Assembly: GCA_951406725.2 (NCBI GenBank)
Contig: OX597817.1
Coordinates: forward strand, 105,276,001 to 105,340,000
Source: Octopus vulgaris
Lineage: Eukaryota
Direction of reading: 5' to 3'
Length of the DNA stretch: 64,000 nucleotides
In this document: positions 1 to 15,159 of the stretch, piece after piece
Position numbering within the stretch: the first letter of the stretch is position 1
How the letters are laid out: the number at the start of each line of letters is the position of its first letter
Notes under the pieces: model-generated
What the model was told of the DNA's origin: nothing
The model's database searches: none
Seen by the model: the letters and a program-made list of their open reading frames with translations, nothing else
Position numbers and translations under genes: made by a program

Positions 1-789
1 TGCGTATTGTGAAAAAATTATATGGTTAATGGACAATATGTCCAATTTTTCGGCATATTTGGCATTAGAATTTTTTTCCTTTGCCCTCATTTATGAATTG
101 TATATATATATATATATGACGGGCTTCTTTCAGTTTCCATGTACCAAATCCACTCATAAGGCTTCGGTCGGCTCAAGGTGCCACGCAGTGGGACTGAACT
201 CGGAACCATGTGGTTGGTAAGCAAGCTTCTTACCGTACGGCTACACTTGGGCCTCTTATTTTAGATTTTTATTATGCATTTCTTGAATGTAAACCAATCC
301 CTGTATTTGAACGGTATTTTATTTATTTTGTTTTGCCTTTCATCTTCCTGAATGAAAGACCAAATTTAGCGTCGGAAGGGTTGAGAACGTAAGAAGCGTA
401 ACTAAATTCTGCACGCAGTAAATCGCAGTATTTGTCCCGACTCTTCTACTTTCTGAGTTCAAATATCACCTACGTTAACTTTACCTTTATCCTTTCGGGA
501 TCGATAAAAATAAAAAAAAAGCACCGGTGGATAGGAGGAGCTATTAGAACGTCGGATTGGATGCTTTGCAATAGTTGTTCAAGGAAGTTTGAGTTCTGAG
601 CATGACCTACATGGTTAGTAGACGTAAACCATCTCCTTATTTAACAGTACCATTAAGCACTTTGGGTGCCTTAAGTGGGGTTCAATTTGTTGCAAGCATT
701 CAGACAAAGATTCGTTCCGCCTCTGTTCCAGTCCCGAAGCCCTGACGTGAACCGAAGGCAAATGATTTCCCTCTGTTGATCGGTAATGT

Positions 790-2838
790 ATATATATATA
801 TATCCACTTTTGTAACCAGGATCATCCTTCCATGTTGAAGGGTCTTTGTCGAAGAAATCGATGCTGATAGAAAATCTTGTGAAGAAAGTTTTTGTACCAG
901 GAGTTAAAAAAGACGAAAACTCGATGTTTGTACAGGAAGAAAAGTCATTTTGGTGCAGAATGTACCTCTTCAGTTGACTTTTTTCTTCTCCCTATTCTTC
1001 ACCTTTGCTTGCTTCCAGCATAACTTGAACAATATTTGGTTTCCCCTCTGTTGGAATATTGTCATCAAATATGGATCGAGCCACATTTTCGGGAGCTAAC
1101 TACCAGAGATGGCTGGGAAATGTTTTCGCAGCAGCCTTACTGATTATCGGATCAATACCCTGATAATTTATCAGTTGACGCATGAAAAGGAAATCATGAT
1201 AAGGTGCTTTAATTGCTTCTGATGACAGAAACCAGACTCGAACATACGCTCGAGCAAGAAAAATACATATTCTTCTTAAAGAGTTCTTCTTTAGAACATA
1301 ACTGAAATTGATCTTGAAACAGATATATCTTGAATGCGTAAATTGCTTTTGACATCCACCTCATGCTGACTTACAGTTCCTGATGTACGAATCGATATCC
1401 CGTTCTTCGGAATGCCGCCAAGAAAGATCATCGTTAACTCCAACAATTCTTGGTAATCATATCCCTGTTACTTCTGCGTAGAAAGGTGTTATTCAAGAAA
1501 TCCAAGAATGGTAGAGAAGGCATCATCAGGCACTTCATTGCTTCCAGTTATATAAACCTTCTTGTTGAGTTTCGTTCAGGTTTCTCTAAATCTTTTAAAA
1601 AACGCCATGCCAGGACCAGAAGTTGCACCCATCAGTGAGTCAAAACAGCTCCTAAAAACTAATTCAAAAATGTGATGACGGCAAGGGAAGTACAACAGGT
1701 CGCGATTGAACAATTTTTCTAGATTTGTACTGGTACCATTCACTCGACCTGTGTTGCTTGCTGTCGTATCACAGCAAAGTGCCTGAATTTTGTCGGTTAT
1801 ACCTCACTCACTTCTCCGCTGCTTGGTAAACAGCCATGGCTTGCTGTTCTCCTGATGATGTTGGAATTTCAGAGGCTCCCAACAATTGCTCCTTATCTTG
1901 AAAAGTTACTATTATTGCCAGTCTATCAATCTTTTCAACGCCTGTGAGTGCTGGGACCAGCTTTCTATCCCAGTGCAACACTAATTCTTGACAATCGTTC
2001 CTCTAATTTTTTTTCAAGTTGTTAAAAAGAAGTGCGATTTATTACCAGGTTTTCAGTATTACGCCCAAAAGCCTCTGCAACAGCCATTAATATGTAAACC
2101 CCATTTCTGTCAGTGATTTTGCACCTATCAAAAGCTTCAGTGAGATGAGGAGTAAAAAACGGCAATGTACCTCGAGTTGCTGGAATAGTTATTGTTGTTG
2201 CTGATATTTGCTGAACGATGACAGAGGAATTTTCATTGTCGTCACCACCACCACTGCTTTGGCTGCTTGATGTTGAATCATCAGTTCCTGATGTAGCAAA
2301 CTGATGAGTAACAAAATTTTGTTTCATTTTGTTCCATAGCAAAATTTTGTTCCATTTCTTTATAAAACCATTTTTTCCTGATAGTTTCCATTGAAATACG
2401 CTTCAGTGCTCTTTTTTCCTTGTATTTTAGCTTTTGAAGCATTAAGAACTTTTTATCCTCTTCAAACTTCATCTGCTTAAAAAGCATCTGAATGTGCTGT
2501 GTCATAGAGATCTCCATTATTTCCACAAAAGTTCCGTTTTCTTTTTCCTTGCCTGTAGTTCTGGTCAAATTTTTCTGTAGGCTTTTCCAGTCATCATAGA
2601 GTGTGAGAGCCTTATCAAAGAAGTGGTTAGTCCTTCTGGTAGGAATTCTTACTTTTTGTCAAAAAATGGAAACTCCTTGAAACACTAATGCTGCACTTTC
2701 CTTCGTTGTAAGATTTACAACTCTTACATTGTAGAAAAAACGTTTAAAACTTGCCGATTCGAGGGTAGTATTTTCAATAGTCACATGAAAATCTTTTCTT
2801 AACCTGTGTTATGAACTACCTGAAGAAGATGATGCCAT
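790..2838 (-). pseudogene. Degenerate hAT-superfamily (hATm-like) transposase relic
   Basis: Manual minus-strand translation gives VLHWDRKLVP..IDRLAIIVT..EQLLG, IQALCCDTTASNTGRVNG, LLYFPCRHHIFEL (CxxH) and RWMSKAIYAFKIYLF, with stops and frameshifts. The subfamily call is from recalled motif similarity. Confidence 0.75.
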
Positions 2839-3189
2839 TTCACAGGTCTAGGAAGAACACATCTCAAAAGCCACTTCGCACCTGCACAAACAGTCCTGAA
2901 AGAAAAAAAGGAAGAATTAGTCAAGGCATCATATTTGGTCATAAAATAAGTATACAAAGCACATAACATTACAAAAACGGAGAAGTTATAAACATGATAT
3001 TACAGTTGAAAATGGAGAGGATAAACAATCGACAAACATCAGCCTGTAAACATTCAATTATATCTATTTATTAATTGATTACAACCATATGTATAAGTGA
3101 TCCAAATAAACGAATGAAATAAGCAAATAAATAAGTAAATAAGTAGATAAATAAAAATAAACGAAGAAGAACGAGTGTAACAAATACTA

Positions 3190-3617
3190 AACTCTCACAG
3201 CTGTTTCTACCATGGAGTTACCCAATCTCCCAAGTTTTCCACATCACGCTAGGAATATACAAGGATTTTGCAAAGGTTGAACAAGTATCGGACAGGGGTT
3301 TGACAATGGTTGATCCCAAGGCTTCATCAGAGATACCAAATGTTAGAAACTAATATGTGGGGAAGTAAGTTAAAATAAGTATAATTGAAACACGATGTAA
3401 CTCTCACAGCCTACGGAAATTTCTCCTGAAAGTGACTTTCTTTACCATAAGATGTAATACCATGGATTATGATAGCACCTTGAAATGATGCTCTTACCAT
3501 TCCTTACTATTTCTATTATGTTATTTTTGTTTTACTTCATTATTTTAACTACTTCCCCACATGTTAGTTTCCTAACATTTGGTCTCTCTGATGAAGCCTT
3601 GGGACTCAACCATTGGA
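3190..3617. repeat. Fold-back repeat (arms ~3305-3380 and ~3540-3615) with a degenerate hammerhead-like motif on the minus strand
   Basis: ggttgatcccaaggcttcatcagagataccaaatgttag is the reverse complement of ctaacatttggtctctctgatgaagccttgggactcaacc. The minus strand reads CTGATGA..(~120 nt)..GAAACAGCTGTG. Confidence 0.65.
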
Positions 3618-3724
3618 TATAAATACGTAGTTATATATCCAGTAGTATATTGGATATTTACTATCCCTTAGATGGTTGCTAAATCTCTAACTCATACAGA
3701 CATATATATTTGTGTGTGTGTGTG

Positions 3725-3907
3725 TCTGTGTCTTCGTATTTGTGCTTGTCCCCCAACATCGTTTGACTACCAATGTTGGTGTGTTTATGTCCCCTTAACT
3801 TACCGGTTCGGCAAAAGAGTAAATCCTGGAGTCGATTTTTTCGACTAAAACCATTTAAGGCAGTGTTCTAGCATGGCTGCAGTCAAATGACTGAAACCTG
3901 TAAAAGA

Positions 3908-3910
<3 letters not shown>
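3725..3910 (+). mobile_element. SINE family A, 3' part
   Basis: Matches the 3' half of the full copy at 25949-26349 and ends in gtcaaatgactgaaac plus (CA)n. Confidence 0.8.
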
Positions 3911-3962
<52 letters not shown>

Positions 3963-4361
3963 TTCGGTGTATTCCGTTAAGAATGTACTAGAGTGCAAAA
4001 TAGAGCTTGTTCACCCTTACAATTACCAGATAACCGGAAGTATTATGATATACTACCAATTCTAGGCTTAGGCATGACTAGTATGTAAAAAATAAACTGT
4101 CAACGTCTGCTAGATTCAAAGGCGCCTGTTGGATGTGATGGCATCAAAATCAAACACATACTTACAGAGACAGCGAATTTATATCATCAGAGAAGATACA
4201 ACTAGTTCCTATAAAACAGTTAAACCGTCACTTAATTTAAATTTAAATCCTGTATACATGTGGATCTATCGAAACATGTGTAGCGGTCATTAAATAACTG
4301 TCGAATTGATCGTACTCCCTTTTCCTTTTGACTCTATTTATTCTTTCCTTTATATATATAT

Positions 4362-4690
4362 ACAACTTATAAACAAGGACAAAAGAAAAATTATTTCTAT
4401 GCCAATATACTGATAACAGACTTTAAATCGTCAATTTCCACATTTCATTATACATTCACTATAAATACACGTTGTGTATTCACTATAAATACACAACGTG
4501 TATTTATAGTGAGTGTAAAATGAAATGTGGAAATTGACGATTTAAAGTCTGTTATCAGAATATTGGCATAGAAATAATTTTTCTTTTGCCCTTGTTTATA
4601 AGTTGTTTATAATTTTAACCTTTAAGGGTATTTTAATATGCTGCCACTTTTGATGAAATTTTTTTCTGTATAAAATATTTTCCTATATTA

Positions 4691-4691
<1 letters not shown>
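4362..4691. repeat. Fold-back hairpin (arms 4362-4480 and 4488-4606) plus ~85-bp unique tail, embedded in (TA)n
   Basis: Near-perfect ~119-bp inverted arms with a 7-nt loop. (TA)n at 4351-4361 and 4692-4782. Confidence 0.9.
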
Positions 4692-4784
<93 letters not shown>

Positions 4785-4982
4785 TTAAATCTTTTGATTG
4801 CTTCAGCTTTTAAGCTGTGGTCATGCTGGGGCACCATCTTCACTTCCACAGCTTATATACTTCTCCATTTCTGATTACGGTATACTGTGTGTGTGTGTGT
4901 GTGTGTTAATGTTTTCAACTTCAGTGAATCCTTCTAAAAATAGGTCTGTTAAATTTCTTATCATTTCTGTTGATATGGTTGT

Positions 4983-5050
<68 letters not shown>

Positions 5051-5180
5051 TTATTTGCATATTTTATGTACATGCGAAGGATGATGTAATATCTATTATA
5101 TAACTTACAAGATTATGAAACAACTGTAAACGAATGGAATAAATGTCTATTCTCTCACTTCATTTCTCAACTCTTGTAGT

Positions 5181-5214
<34 letters not shown>

Positions 5215-5285
5215 TGTGACCGCGTGTGTATCGTTGGCGATTTTTTTCCTCCGTCTTCCCTTCCTTGAATCTTTCCTTTTTATAT

Positions 5286-5319
5286 GTTTCTGACGAAGAG
5301 CTCCGCTCGAAGCGTTAAA
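5286..5319 (+). ncRNA. Degenerate minimal type I hammerhead motif in a short element adjoining (TA)n
   Basis: ttt-CTGACGA-A-GAGC-tcc-GCTC-GAAG-CG-TT-aaa. GAAA is mutated to GAAG. A related decayed copy lies on the minus strand at ~57205-57240. Confidence 0.55.
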
Positions 5320-5427
5320 GCCTCCTTCTTTCTTTCCTTTCCTGAGCGTCCAATTACACTATACTTGTTCCACGTCCTCGTGTTGTTGTGTTTTCTCTTT
5401 GTGTTTTCATGTTTGGATTAACTATAT

Positions 5428-5640
5428 TACTCTCTTTTACTCTTTTATTTGTTTCCGTCATTTGACTGCGGCCATACTGGAGCACCGCCTTTAATCGAGC
5501 AACTCGACCCCGGGACTTATTCTTTGTAAGCCCAGTACTTATTCTATCGTTCTCTTTTGCCGAACCGCTAAGTGACGGGGACATAAACACACCAGCATCG
5601 GTTGTCAAGCAATGCTAGGGGGACAAACACAGACACACAA

Positions 5641-5671
<31 letters not shown>

Positions 5672-5750
5672 CATATATACGACGGGCTTCTTTCCCGGAA
5701 CCATGTGGTTGGTAAACAAGCTACTTACCACACAGCTACTCCTGCGCCTA
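5428..5750 (-). mobile_element. SINE family A (internally deleted)
   Basis: Reverse complement of 25949-26349. Confidence 0.85.
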
Positions 5751-5772
5751 CTATATATATATATATATATAC

Positions 5773-5860
<88 letters not shown>

Positions 5861-6202
5861 GATATGTATATTACTTGTTCAGCCATTTTATTGTGGCCAT
5901 GCTGGGGCACCACCTTAAAAGGATATAGTCGAAGAAATCGACCTTAGAACATACTTTTTAAGCCTAGTACTTATTCTAACGGTCTCTTTCGCCAAACTGC
6001 TTAGCTCACCGAAACTTCGAAGTCAGTGTCTATACTATTCTTGTTAAAGAACAATAAATTTGTATTCTACGAAGAGTATTGAACAATCCTTCTGTTTGAT
6101 CTTAAATTGTCTTTAATATATGAAAATATACGTTAATACATATATACATACATACATAGGCACACAGATACACAAACACACACATATACATGTCTATCTA
6201 TC

Positions 6203-6480
6203 TTGCGCGTGGCTTGGGGTCTCCTTGGAAACAAGGATACCTCCTAAATGACATCAAGTCACATGATTTGGGAATCATAGCCATAAGTGAGACCAGACTC
6301 CACGAGCCACGGGCCCTAAAGTCCATGTTTGGCGGACAGTTTAACATTTATTTCGCTCCCTGTCTGCCGAGGATGGGCGGTAGTGGCACCGCGGTACTTT
6401 TTCACAAGAGCCTGGATCTCGAAGTCAAGACGATATTCGTAGACCCGGAGGGTAGACTGGTCGTTCTGGATGTTGACGGC
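6203..6480 (+). pseudogene. L1/Tx1-type apurinic endonuclease fragment
   Basis: ARGL...DLGIIAISETRL...GTAVLFHK...DPEGRLVVLDV are APE-domain motifs of L1/Tx1 ORF2. Flanked by TATC repeats. Confidence 0.75.
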
Positions 6481-6588
6481 ACTATCTATCTATCTATCTA
6501 TCTATCTATCTGCCTGCCTGCCTATCTGTCTGTCTGTCTCGCTCCCTCTCCCTTTCTCTCTCCCTCTCTGTATATATATATATGTATG

Positions 6589-6648
<60 letters not shown>

Positions 6649-7349
6649 GACACACGCCCATATATATATATGCATAAATATATCCGAATAAGCATACATG
6701 CATATATACGGCCGCCTAATTTTCAGAAACTACAAAATAAACACCCAGAAAACCATATTTATATATTAATATCCGTCACCTCATAATGCGGGTTCATATA
6801 ACATTTATTTAAAGAAATAATATTCAAATTTTCCTTAGACAACACCCTAATGTTTATAAAGAAGGAAGATGTAGAAAGACAAAGTTGAAATGGAGTAGTT
6901 AGTATTCTCTCTCTCTCATCTCTCACCTTCTGTCTCTTTTCCTCTTCACCTTCTGTCTCCCCCTCTCCCTCTCTTCGACCTCTTCTCTTCTCCCCCTCTT
7001 TCTTTGTCTTTGTCTGCCTTTTAAGAATTAATAGACTAGAGACGGTAGCGAATGAAGGATACATACAAAGAGAGGAATATTATGTGTATGTTTGTGGATG
7101 TGCGTGAGTGAGTGTGTAGAGAGAGACAGAGAGAGGGAAAGCGAGGGAGAAAGAGAGAGGGAGAAGCAATATTGATGACAGTGGCGGTACGTTTGTGTTA
7201 CGTTATGATCTGTTTTTCTTCCTTGTACAGTCTCTCTTCAATCCTTCTATTTTTCTGCCATTCTCTCTTTCTATTCTCTCTGGAATAATGGAATACAGAC
7301 AGAATATGAGACACACATTGAGAGTCACACACATATGCACACACCAACA

Positions 7350-7725
7350 CTGCGGCCATGCTGGAGTACTACCATAAAGAATTTTAGTCGGATGAATCGA
7401 TCCCAATATTTGTTTTCACCTTGGTACTTATTCTATCGTCTACTTTTGCCGAACTACGAAGTTATGGGGATGTAAACACACCAGCACCGGTTATCAAGCG
7501 GAGGTGGGAGACAGACACAGATGCAAAGACGCACAAAGAGACAGACAGACAGACAAACACATATAACGATGGGATTCTTTCAGTTTCAGTCTACCAAATC
7601 CACTCACAAGGCTTTGGTCGACCCGAGGCTATAGTGGAAGGCACTTGCCCAAGGTGTCACGTTGTGGGACTGAACCCGGAACCATGCGGTTGAGAAGCAA
7701 ACTTCTTACCATACAGCCACACCTG
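7350..7725 (-). mobile_element. SINE family A
   Basis: Diverged reverse complement of 25949-26349. Confidence 0.8.
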
Positions 7726-7751
7726 TATGCATGTGTATACATTTGTGTATG

Positions 7752-7799
<48 letters not shown>

Positions 7800-8979
7800 T
7801 ACACGTATGTATGTGTATGCATGTGTATATATACATACACATACATAGATATATATAACTATATACGTGTGTGTGTGTTTGTGTGTGTAGTATACATACA
7901 TAAAGAAAGAGAAAGACTGCGTGAGAGACAGAGAGAAATGGAGTGAGAGAGAATCACGGTGAGAAATGGAGAGAGAATGATGGTGGCAAAGTGAAATCTA
8001 ACTAAAAACAGACAGTTGCAGCATTCTTTGATATTAAGTGAAAGCAGTACCACTCTTAACCGCTTAGTGTTGAAAAATAAAATTACACGTTTATATTTCT
8101 AACAATGTTAAATAACATACCGGCTTTTGATAAGATAATACTACGTTTGTTTCTATAATCCTAACAACATATATTTGGACAAAGAACGAAAGGCCACTTG
8201 TTCATCTACCTACATACAACTCACGGTATAAGTAAAGTTATGGTTAAGTGAAATAGAAGAATAAACGCACAACATATGTAAGTGGGTAAGTTTGATTTTA
8301 CAACATAAGAGAAAGAGTACTCAATATATTGGTTAGTGTGTATATGTGTGTATGTATTTGTATTATGCAATCGAAGTAGAACTATAGTAAAATCTTTATG
8401 TATACTTAACGTATACACATGTATACTTAACGTATACGTGTCGCTGAAAAACCAAAAGCTGCCGTTTATCGTCCGAGAAAAATCCCTTTACAGACACATT
8501 GTATTAAAAATACAATATACTTCAGAACTAGGTACAACGAAATCGTCCCAGAAGTGATTACAAGAGCGACAGATACATATTCTGCTAGCTTGTCAATGTC
8601 ACATACTCGTGTCACTTCCGAAAGGAGATCGAATTCGGTAGTTTGAATTATATAGAATAAAGTAAAAATAACACAGTGGTTTGCAATTGGGTTGCATGAG
8701 CAAGATAAATAAAATACACTCTCTTCAATAGAAGCCGCTCAAAACTAAAATGTTCATCGATATAACATACTTAACTTATGTTCTGTCCCCATAACATAGC
8801 TGTTCAGCAAATATGACAGAGAGAATAAGTAGCAGAATTCTAAAAGAATAAGTACTAGGATAGATTTGTTCAACTTAAGTTCAAAAATTATGAATCAACG
8901 ATTGTCTAGTTACTTTTCCATCCAAAAACTACACAATATCAGAGTATTTTGAATAACAAAAACAACTTTGTAACCCCCT

Positions 8980-9083
<104 letters not shown>

Positions 9084-9129
9084 ACATACATACATACATA
9101 CATACATACATACATACATACATACATTC

Positions 9130-9490
9130 TTTTATTTGTTTCAGTCATTTGATTGCGACCATGCTGGAGCACCACTTTTAGTCGAACAGACCGACCCCAG
9201 GACTTATTCTTTGTATGCTTAGTACTTATTCTATAGGTTTCTTTTGCCGAACCGCTAAGTTACGGGGACGTGAACACACCAACATCGGTTGTCAAGTGAT
9301 GGTGGGTGGGGGACAAACACACACACACACATATACATATATATACGACGGGCTTCTTTCAGTTTTCGTTTACCAAATCCACTCACAAGGCTTTGGTCGG
9401 ACCGAGGCTATAGTAGAAGACACTGTGTGGCACTGAACCCGGAACCATGTGGTTGGTAAGCAAGCTACTTACCACAAAGCCACTCCTATA
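9130..9490 (-). mobile_element. SINE family A
   Basis: Reverse complement of 25949-26349. Confidence 0.85.
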
Positions 9491-9759
9491 CATACATACA
9501 TACATACATACATACATACATACATAATACATACATACATACATACATACATACATGCATACTTGCATACATACTACAATGCATACATACGTGCATGGTG
9601 GATGCTGGTGGTAAGTAGCTTGCTTACCAACCACATGCATACAAAGAATAAGTCCTGGGGTCGATTTGCTCGACTAAAGGCGGTGCTCCAGCATGGCCGC
9701 AGTCAAATGACTAAAACAAATAAAAGAATAAAAGAAATCGCACAGAGCTTCCTCGTAGT

Positions 9760-10295
9760 CAATGGCATTTCTGACAGTCCGTCCATGACCTCTCATATGA
9801 CTATTCAATCCTGTTGCTGATCTGCATGCTTTGAAGCATTGGTAGCACACGGAAGTTGAAACTTCAACTGGATTGACTGGAATGTTTTGTGAGATATGAT
9901 CTAAACGAACCGTCATACGTCTCTTCAGAACCGAAATCGACTTGCAAGCCCTTTCACACGCCACACCCGTCGCATTACCCAGTCTATGACGTCGATGAAA
10001 TTGCATACAGTTGATCTTTTATGCGATTTCAGATAGTTGACATACCCATGTTTGGAAGAGAGTACCTGGCTACGTGTTTTACACTGCCAACATTTTATGC
10101 TCCATAGAGGTTCTGATGACAGCCCCTCCGAAGCTTTAAGCTTTCGTGCTCTAGGCGACCCTCCTCAAAAGTTTAACACCCTTCCATTATACGTTTCCTC
10201 CGCTCAGCTCTTTCTAAAACTAGTTCTTCCCAGTTCTTTACATTGATCTGCCATTCCTTTAGGTTGCCTTTTCTGCAGTCTTTGTACCGTTTAAC
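9760..10295 (-). pseudogene. RTE-clade LINE 3' fragment
   Basis: KRYKDC.K.NLK..QI...NWEEL and a terminal zinc finger CYQCFKACRSATGLNSHMRGH. A similar terminus (GLNIHLKGHGR) occurs at ~40185-40275. Confidence 0.65.
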
Positions 10296-11101
10296 ATACA
10301 AACACGCATACATACATACATACATACATACATACATACATACATACATACATACATACATACATACATACATACATACATGCATAAATACATACATACA
10401 TACATACATACATACATACATACATACATACATACATAAATACATACATACATACATACATACATACATTCATACATACATACAAATTACATACATATAA
10501 TGATATTGAGTAGTTAATGATAATACATCATGACAAAAAGTTTAGTACATAGGGTTTGATGAATAGTTATTAGACGAATAAAGCTGAACGAAATAGAAAA
10601 ATGCTAACATGCATATATTGTATTGAGGGTACTGTTTTCTTTGTGTTAGTTAAAAATAAATTGTGTAGGGTTTTACGAAATTTGTCCAAATATGGTAAAA
10701 CAGGCAAAAGTGATTTTAGAAAGTTAATGCGTTGAAGTTATGAATGAATGTATGAGCGCATTGTTACTTAAAATATAGACAAGCTGTACAAAGTTTGACT
10801 AATGTTGAGGGAATTTAAGATATACCGATATGTAGTAGTGAAATAAACATACAGAAGTAATATTTTATATCTCCACTGTCACATGATTTTTAGTAAGTTT
10901 GACAATAAAACTAAATCACAATCTATGTATCGAGCATTTTATGCCTGCAGAAACATGTTACACATACAGACGCGCGCGCGTGCATTCACACACGCACATG
11001 CACGCACACACACACATACGCATACACACAGGGATATATACTCGTACACACGCACAGACATGCATTAACATACGCACAGCGTAATGATAATTTTCAGCTA
11101 T

Positions 11102-11275
<174 letters not shown>

Positions 11276-11406
11276 CATATACATACATACATACATACAC
11301 ATACATACACATACATACATACACACATACATACATACATACATACATACATACATACAGACACACACACACACGCATACACACACAGAGATATACACTC
11401 ATACAT

Positions 11407-11445
<39 letters not shown>

Positions 11446-11923
11446 CTATATTTTAAATATGAGTATTCCTCGTGTTACCAGTTCATAAGAACACGGTTAG
11501 TAAATTTAGAACGAGGAACTCATTGTGGAAATTCTGAGTATTTATACGTTTTATCAAAAACAATGAGCCCAAAGGTGCATCAGGGGGTAAAATTAGTAAA
11601 GAAGAGAGGGCTTCTTATATGCAAATATCTGGAGAGAAATACAGATAAACATAGCCAGCACAAAGATAGCTATACCGGAAAGAGAAAGTCGTGGGATGGG
11701 AGATTATATATGGTAATAGAAACCGGGCGTACAATGATGATGTTGATGGAGATAATTAATGAAAACAACCCTGCCTTTAACGGTATAGTTGTCTTTCTAT
11801 ACTTCTGTGTAAATTCTCTTCGCTAGTTAACTGTAAAAAAGGAGCCTTGCTATATTCAATCCTTGATGTGCTTTCGAGCGAAACCAGACGTATTTTGTTA
11901 GGCTCATTGTTTTTCATAAAGCG

Positions 11924-12006
<83 letters not shown>

Positions 12007-12663
12007 CGAATTCTCATGTTCTTTCAAATTATGTGCACGATTGATCTGACGTCATTTCCGCTATAATACGATGCCATATTGATATCTGAAAAGTAGACAG
12101 CCGATTGCAATTTGTGTGGAAATCATAAAACATTCTCGTTATCATTATTAAATTAGAGAAAGATTACTGGAAAGAGATATTATTTTAGTTGTTTAGGTAA
12201 CCATGAGACTCGTAAGGTTTCCACGGGTAATCCTAGGACATCTATCACCTTTTGGCGATTAAAAAAAAAATTTTTCCTTTGTTTTTTTTTATTTCCCTTG
12301 TGAACGCATTTTAAATTAATTCCCTACTATCCTCTTGTACCGTTCTCAACTGTTTTTCAATCTTTCTGGTTAAGAAAATAAAGAAAAAAAGAAAGAAATC
12401 ATTGTTTACCTTTTCGTAAGCGATTAAATGAAATACCAGTCTTATACTGGAGGTCGACGTAATTGACTAAACCCCAGTCTCTGAAATTGCTGGCCTTGTG
12501 CCAAAATTTAAAACAATTATTGTTGTTGTTATTGTTATTATTTTAATTATTATTTTTATTATCATTATTATTATTATTATTATTGTTATTATTATTATTA
12601 TTATTATTACTATTATTATTACTATTATTATTATTATTATTATTATCCCTACTATTATTATTA

Positions 12664-12733
<70 letters not shown>

Positions 12734-12923
12734 CGTTAGCACGCCAGGTGAAATGCTTAGCGGCGTTTCGTCTGTCTGCACGTCCTGAGTTCAAATTCCG
12801 CCGCGGTCAACTTTGCCTTTCATCCTTTGGGGATCGATAAAATAAGTACCAGTTGAACACTGGTCGATGTAATCGATTCATCCCCTCCACCAAAATTGCT
12901 GCCCTTGAGGCAAAATTTGAAAC

Positions 12924-12964
<41 letters not shown>

Positions 12965-13180
12965 GGGTGGTGAAATGTCAAACTGGTTACCACACCGGAC
13001 GAAGTGCCGCTAAGCATTTCGTTCGTCTTTACGTTCAGAGTTCAAATTCTATCGGGGTCGGTTTTGCTTTCATCCTTTCGACGTCGATGAAATAAGTACC
13101 AGTTAAATACAGGGATCGATGTCATCGACTAGCCCCCTCCTCCAAAATTTCAGGCCTTGTGCCTTTTGGTAGAAATTATC
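12734..13180 (+). mobile_element. Two SINE family B copies separated by (ATT)n
   Basis: Both carry gagttcaaat..tttgc.tttcatcctt..gtcgat..aataagtaccag, shared with 24015-24245. Confidence 0.8.
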
Positions 13181-13307
13181 ATTATCATAAGCGTCTAAAA
13201 GTCGGAGAACGACTGTTGTGACGGGTGCATTTGCCCTTGGTTTTCAAGGGTGATCTTGGATTTGTGGGGTTCCTTGATTGGTCCTGTGCCAGAAAGACTG
13301 AAAAGAA

Positions 13308-13358
<51 letters not shown>

Positions 13359-13494
13359 CAGATACATTTTTCGATATCAAAGATTTATTTTGATATCTTC
13401 GAAATATAGCTTCTTTTTAGCTGTTGTTACTGGTATGGTTGTAGAAAAACTATTCGATCTTTCCTCCCCCTGGCTCTACCCCGCTCTATCAATC

Positions 13495-13554
<60 letters not shown>

Positions 13555-14826
13555 CGTGCGTGTGCGCGTGCGTATGTGTGATAGGCCGTCCTTTGGTTCA
13601 TATCTACCTCCTCTCTTTTATTGATGTCTTACTCTCAAGCACGTGTATCCCTCTATCTCACTTTTGTTTTTATCTTTCTATCTCTTTCCTCTTTACTCAG
13701 TTCGTATCTCCTTCTTCATGCTCTCTATGCCTTTGTGTCTGTATACGTAGTATGTCTACGTGTTTCTCTCTATGTGTAAAACTAACGTGTTTATCTCTTC
13801 ATGTCTGACTGCTTTACTTTCTCGATAAATCTGTCTGTCTTTCTTCGTAATACATCACACGTACATCAGTTGTTTCATTCTTTCTTTAGATTTTCCTGTT
13901 CTACTCACGGTCTCTGTATGTTTTTCTGTCTTACTTTCCCACCGCCTCTCTTAAAAACTATCTCTTTCCCTTCTCGCTTACACTCCCCCTCACTACATCT
14001 TCCTCTCACTATCACCACACACGCACACTCTATAAATACAGACCTCGACTTTACTCATTGTCACACTTTTTATCTACCTCCTACTCTACTAAATTACGTC
14101 CTTCCTATCTTACTCTGTATACGATTATATCTTTTTCTAAGAGCAGTTACACTATTTTTTCCTTTACCCCGCTGTCTCTCGTTATATAGACTAATTTTCC
14201 CTTTTTCTGCACGTATGCGACTGTCTTGCTCTCATTTACCTCACACTGTACCTCTCATTCGTAATGGCTCTTTCTTTGCAATGCAAGCTGTCCCTCTCTA
14301 TTTCACACATTCCGTCCGTCTGTCTTTATCACCCACCGAACAATCAACCTCTCTCTTCACTACCTACTTACGAAGTGCTATCTACCACCATTTCTCTCCT
14401 TCGGTGATCGCTTGACCTGTTAGAAATAGTAGACAAACTTTCCTCATGTTGGATTCATGCATAATATAGTCCAACAACAGAAACCACTACTCAAGTCTAA
14501 TTTCCTCCAAGCACCATTTCATTTTCATAACTCTTCGATATTTTTAGCAAACTTTCCTTTCCAAACTACATCTCTCTCTCTCTCTCTCCCCCCTTCTCTC
14601 TCTGTCCCTAACACACACACACAAGTTTAAGCTTTAGTTTACTCATTTTTAAATTTTTTTTGTAAGAATTATTTATTAATGTACGAGGATGTGTTCCATC
14701 GGCGAAATTTCTTTTCTGTTTTTTTTTTTATATTACTTGCGTCAAATTGTATTGAAAGAGTCCAATATTTTTAATGTTTAATAAATATTACAATAAACAT
14801 ACAATGACATACATACATACATTTGC

Positions 14827-14857
<31 letters not shown>

Positions 14858-14947
14858 TGTATGTATGTATGTATGTATGTATGTATGTATATGCATGCAT
14901 GTATGTATGTATGTATGTATGTATGTATGTATGTATGTATGTATGTA

Positions 14948-14998
<51 letters not shown>

Positions 14999-15159
14999 TT
15001 AGAGAGAGAGAGGATGTACAAGGAGTTTTAGTCAACTGATGTAATAATGTAGTAGCTATGTACTATGGTTGCTCAGTTTGGTTTACCACTAAAACTACGG
15101 TCTGAGCTGCAACTAAAAAGTGTTGTGCTAAGGCTGCCGACTGAAACTACTTTTATATA

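Noticed and set aside
13801-14415. 204-aa ORF
   Set aside because: Pyrimidine-rich low-complexity sequence with no recognisable domain.
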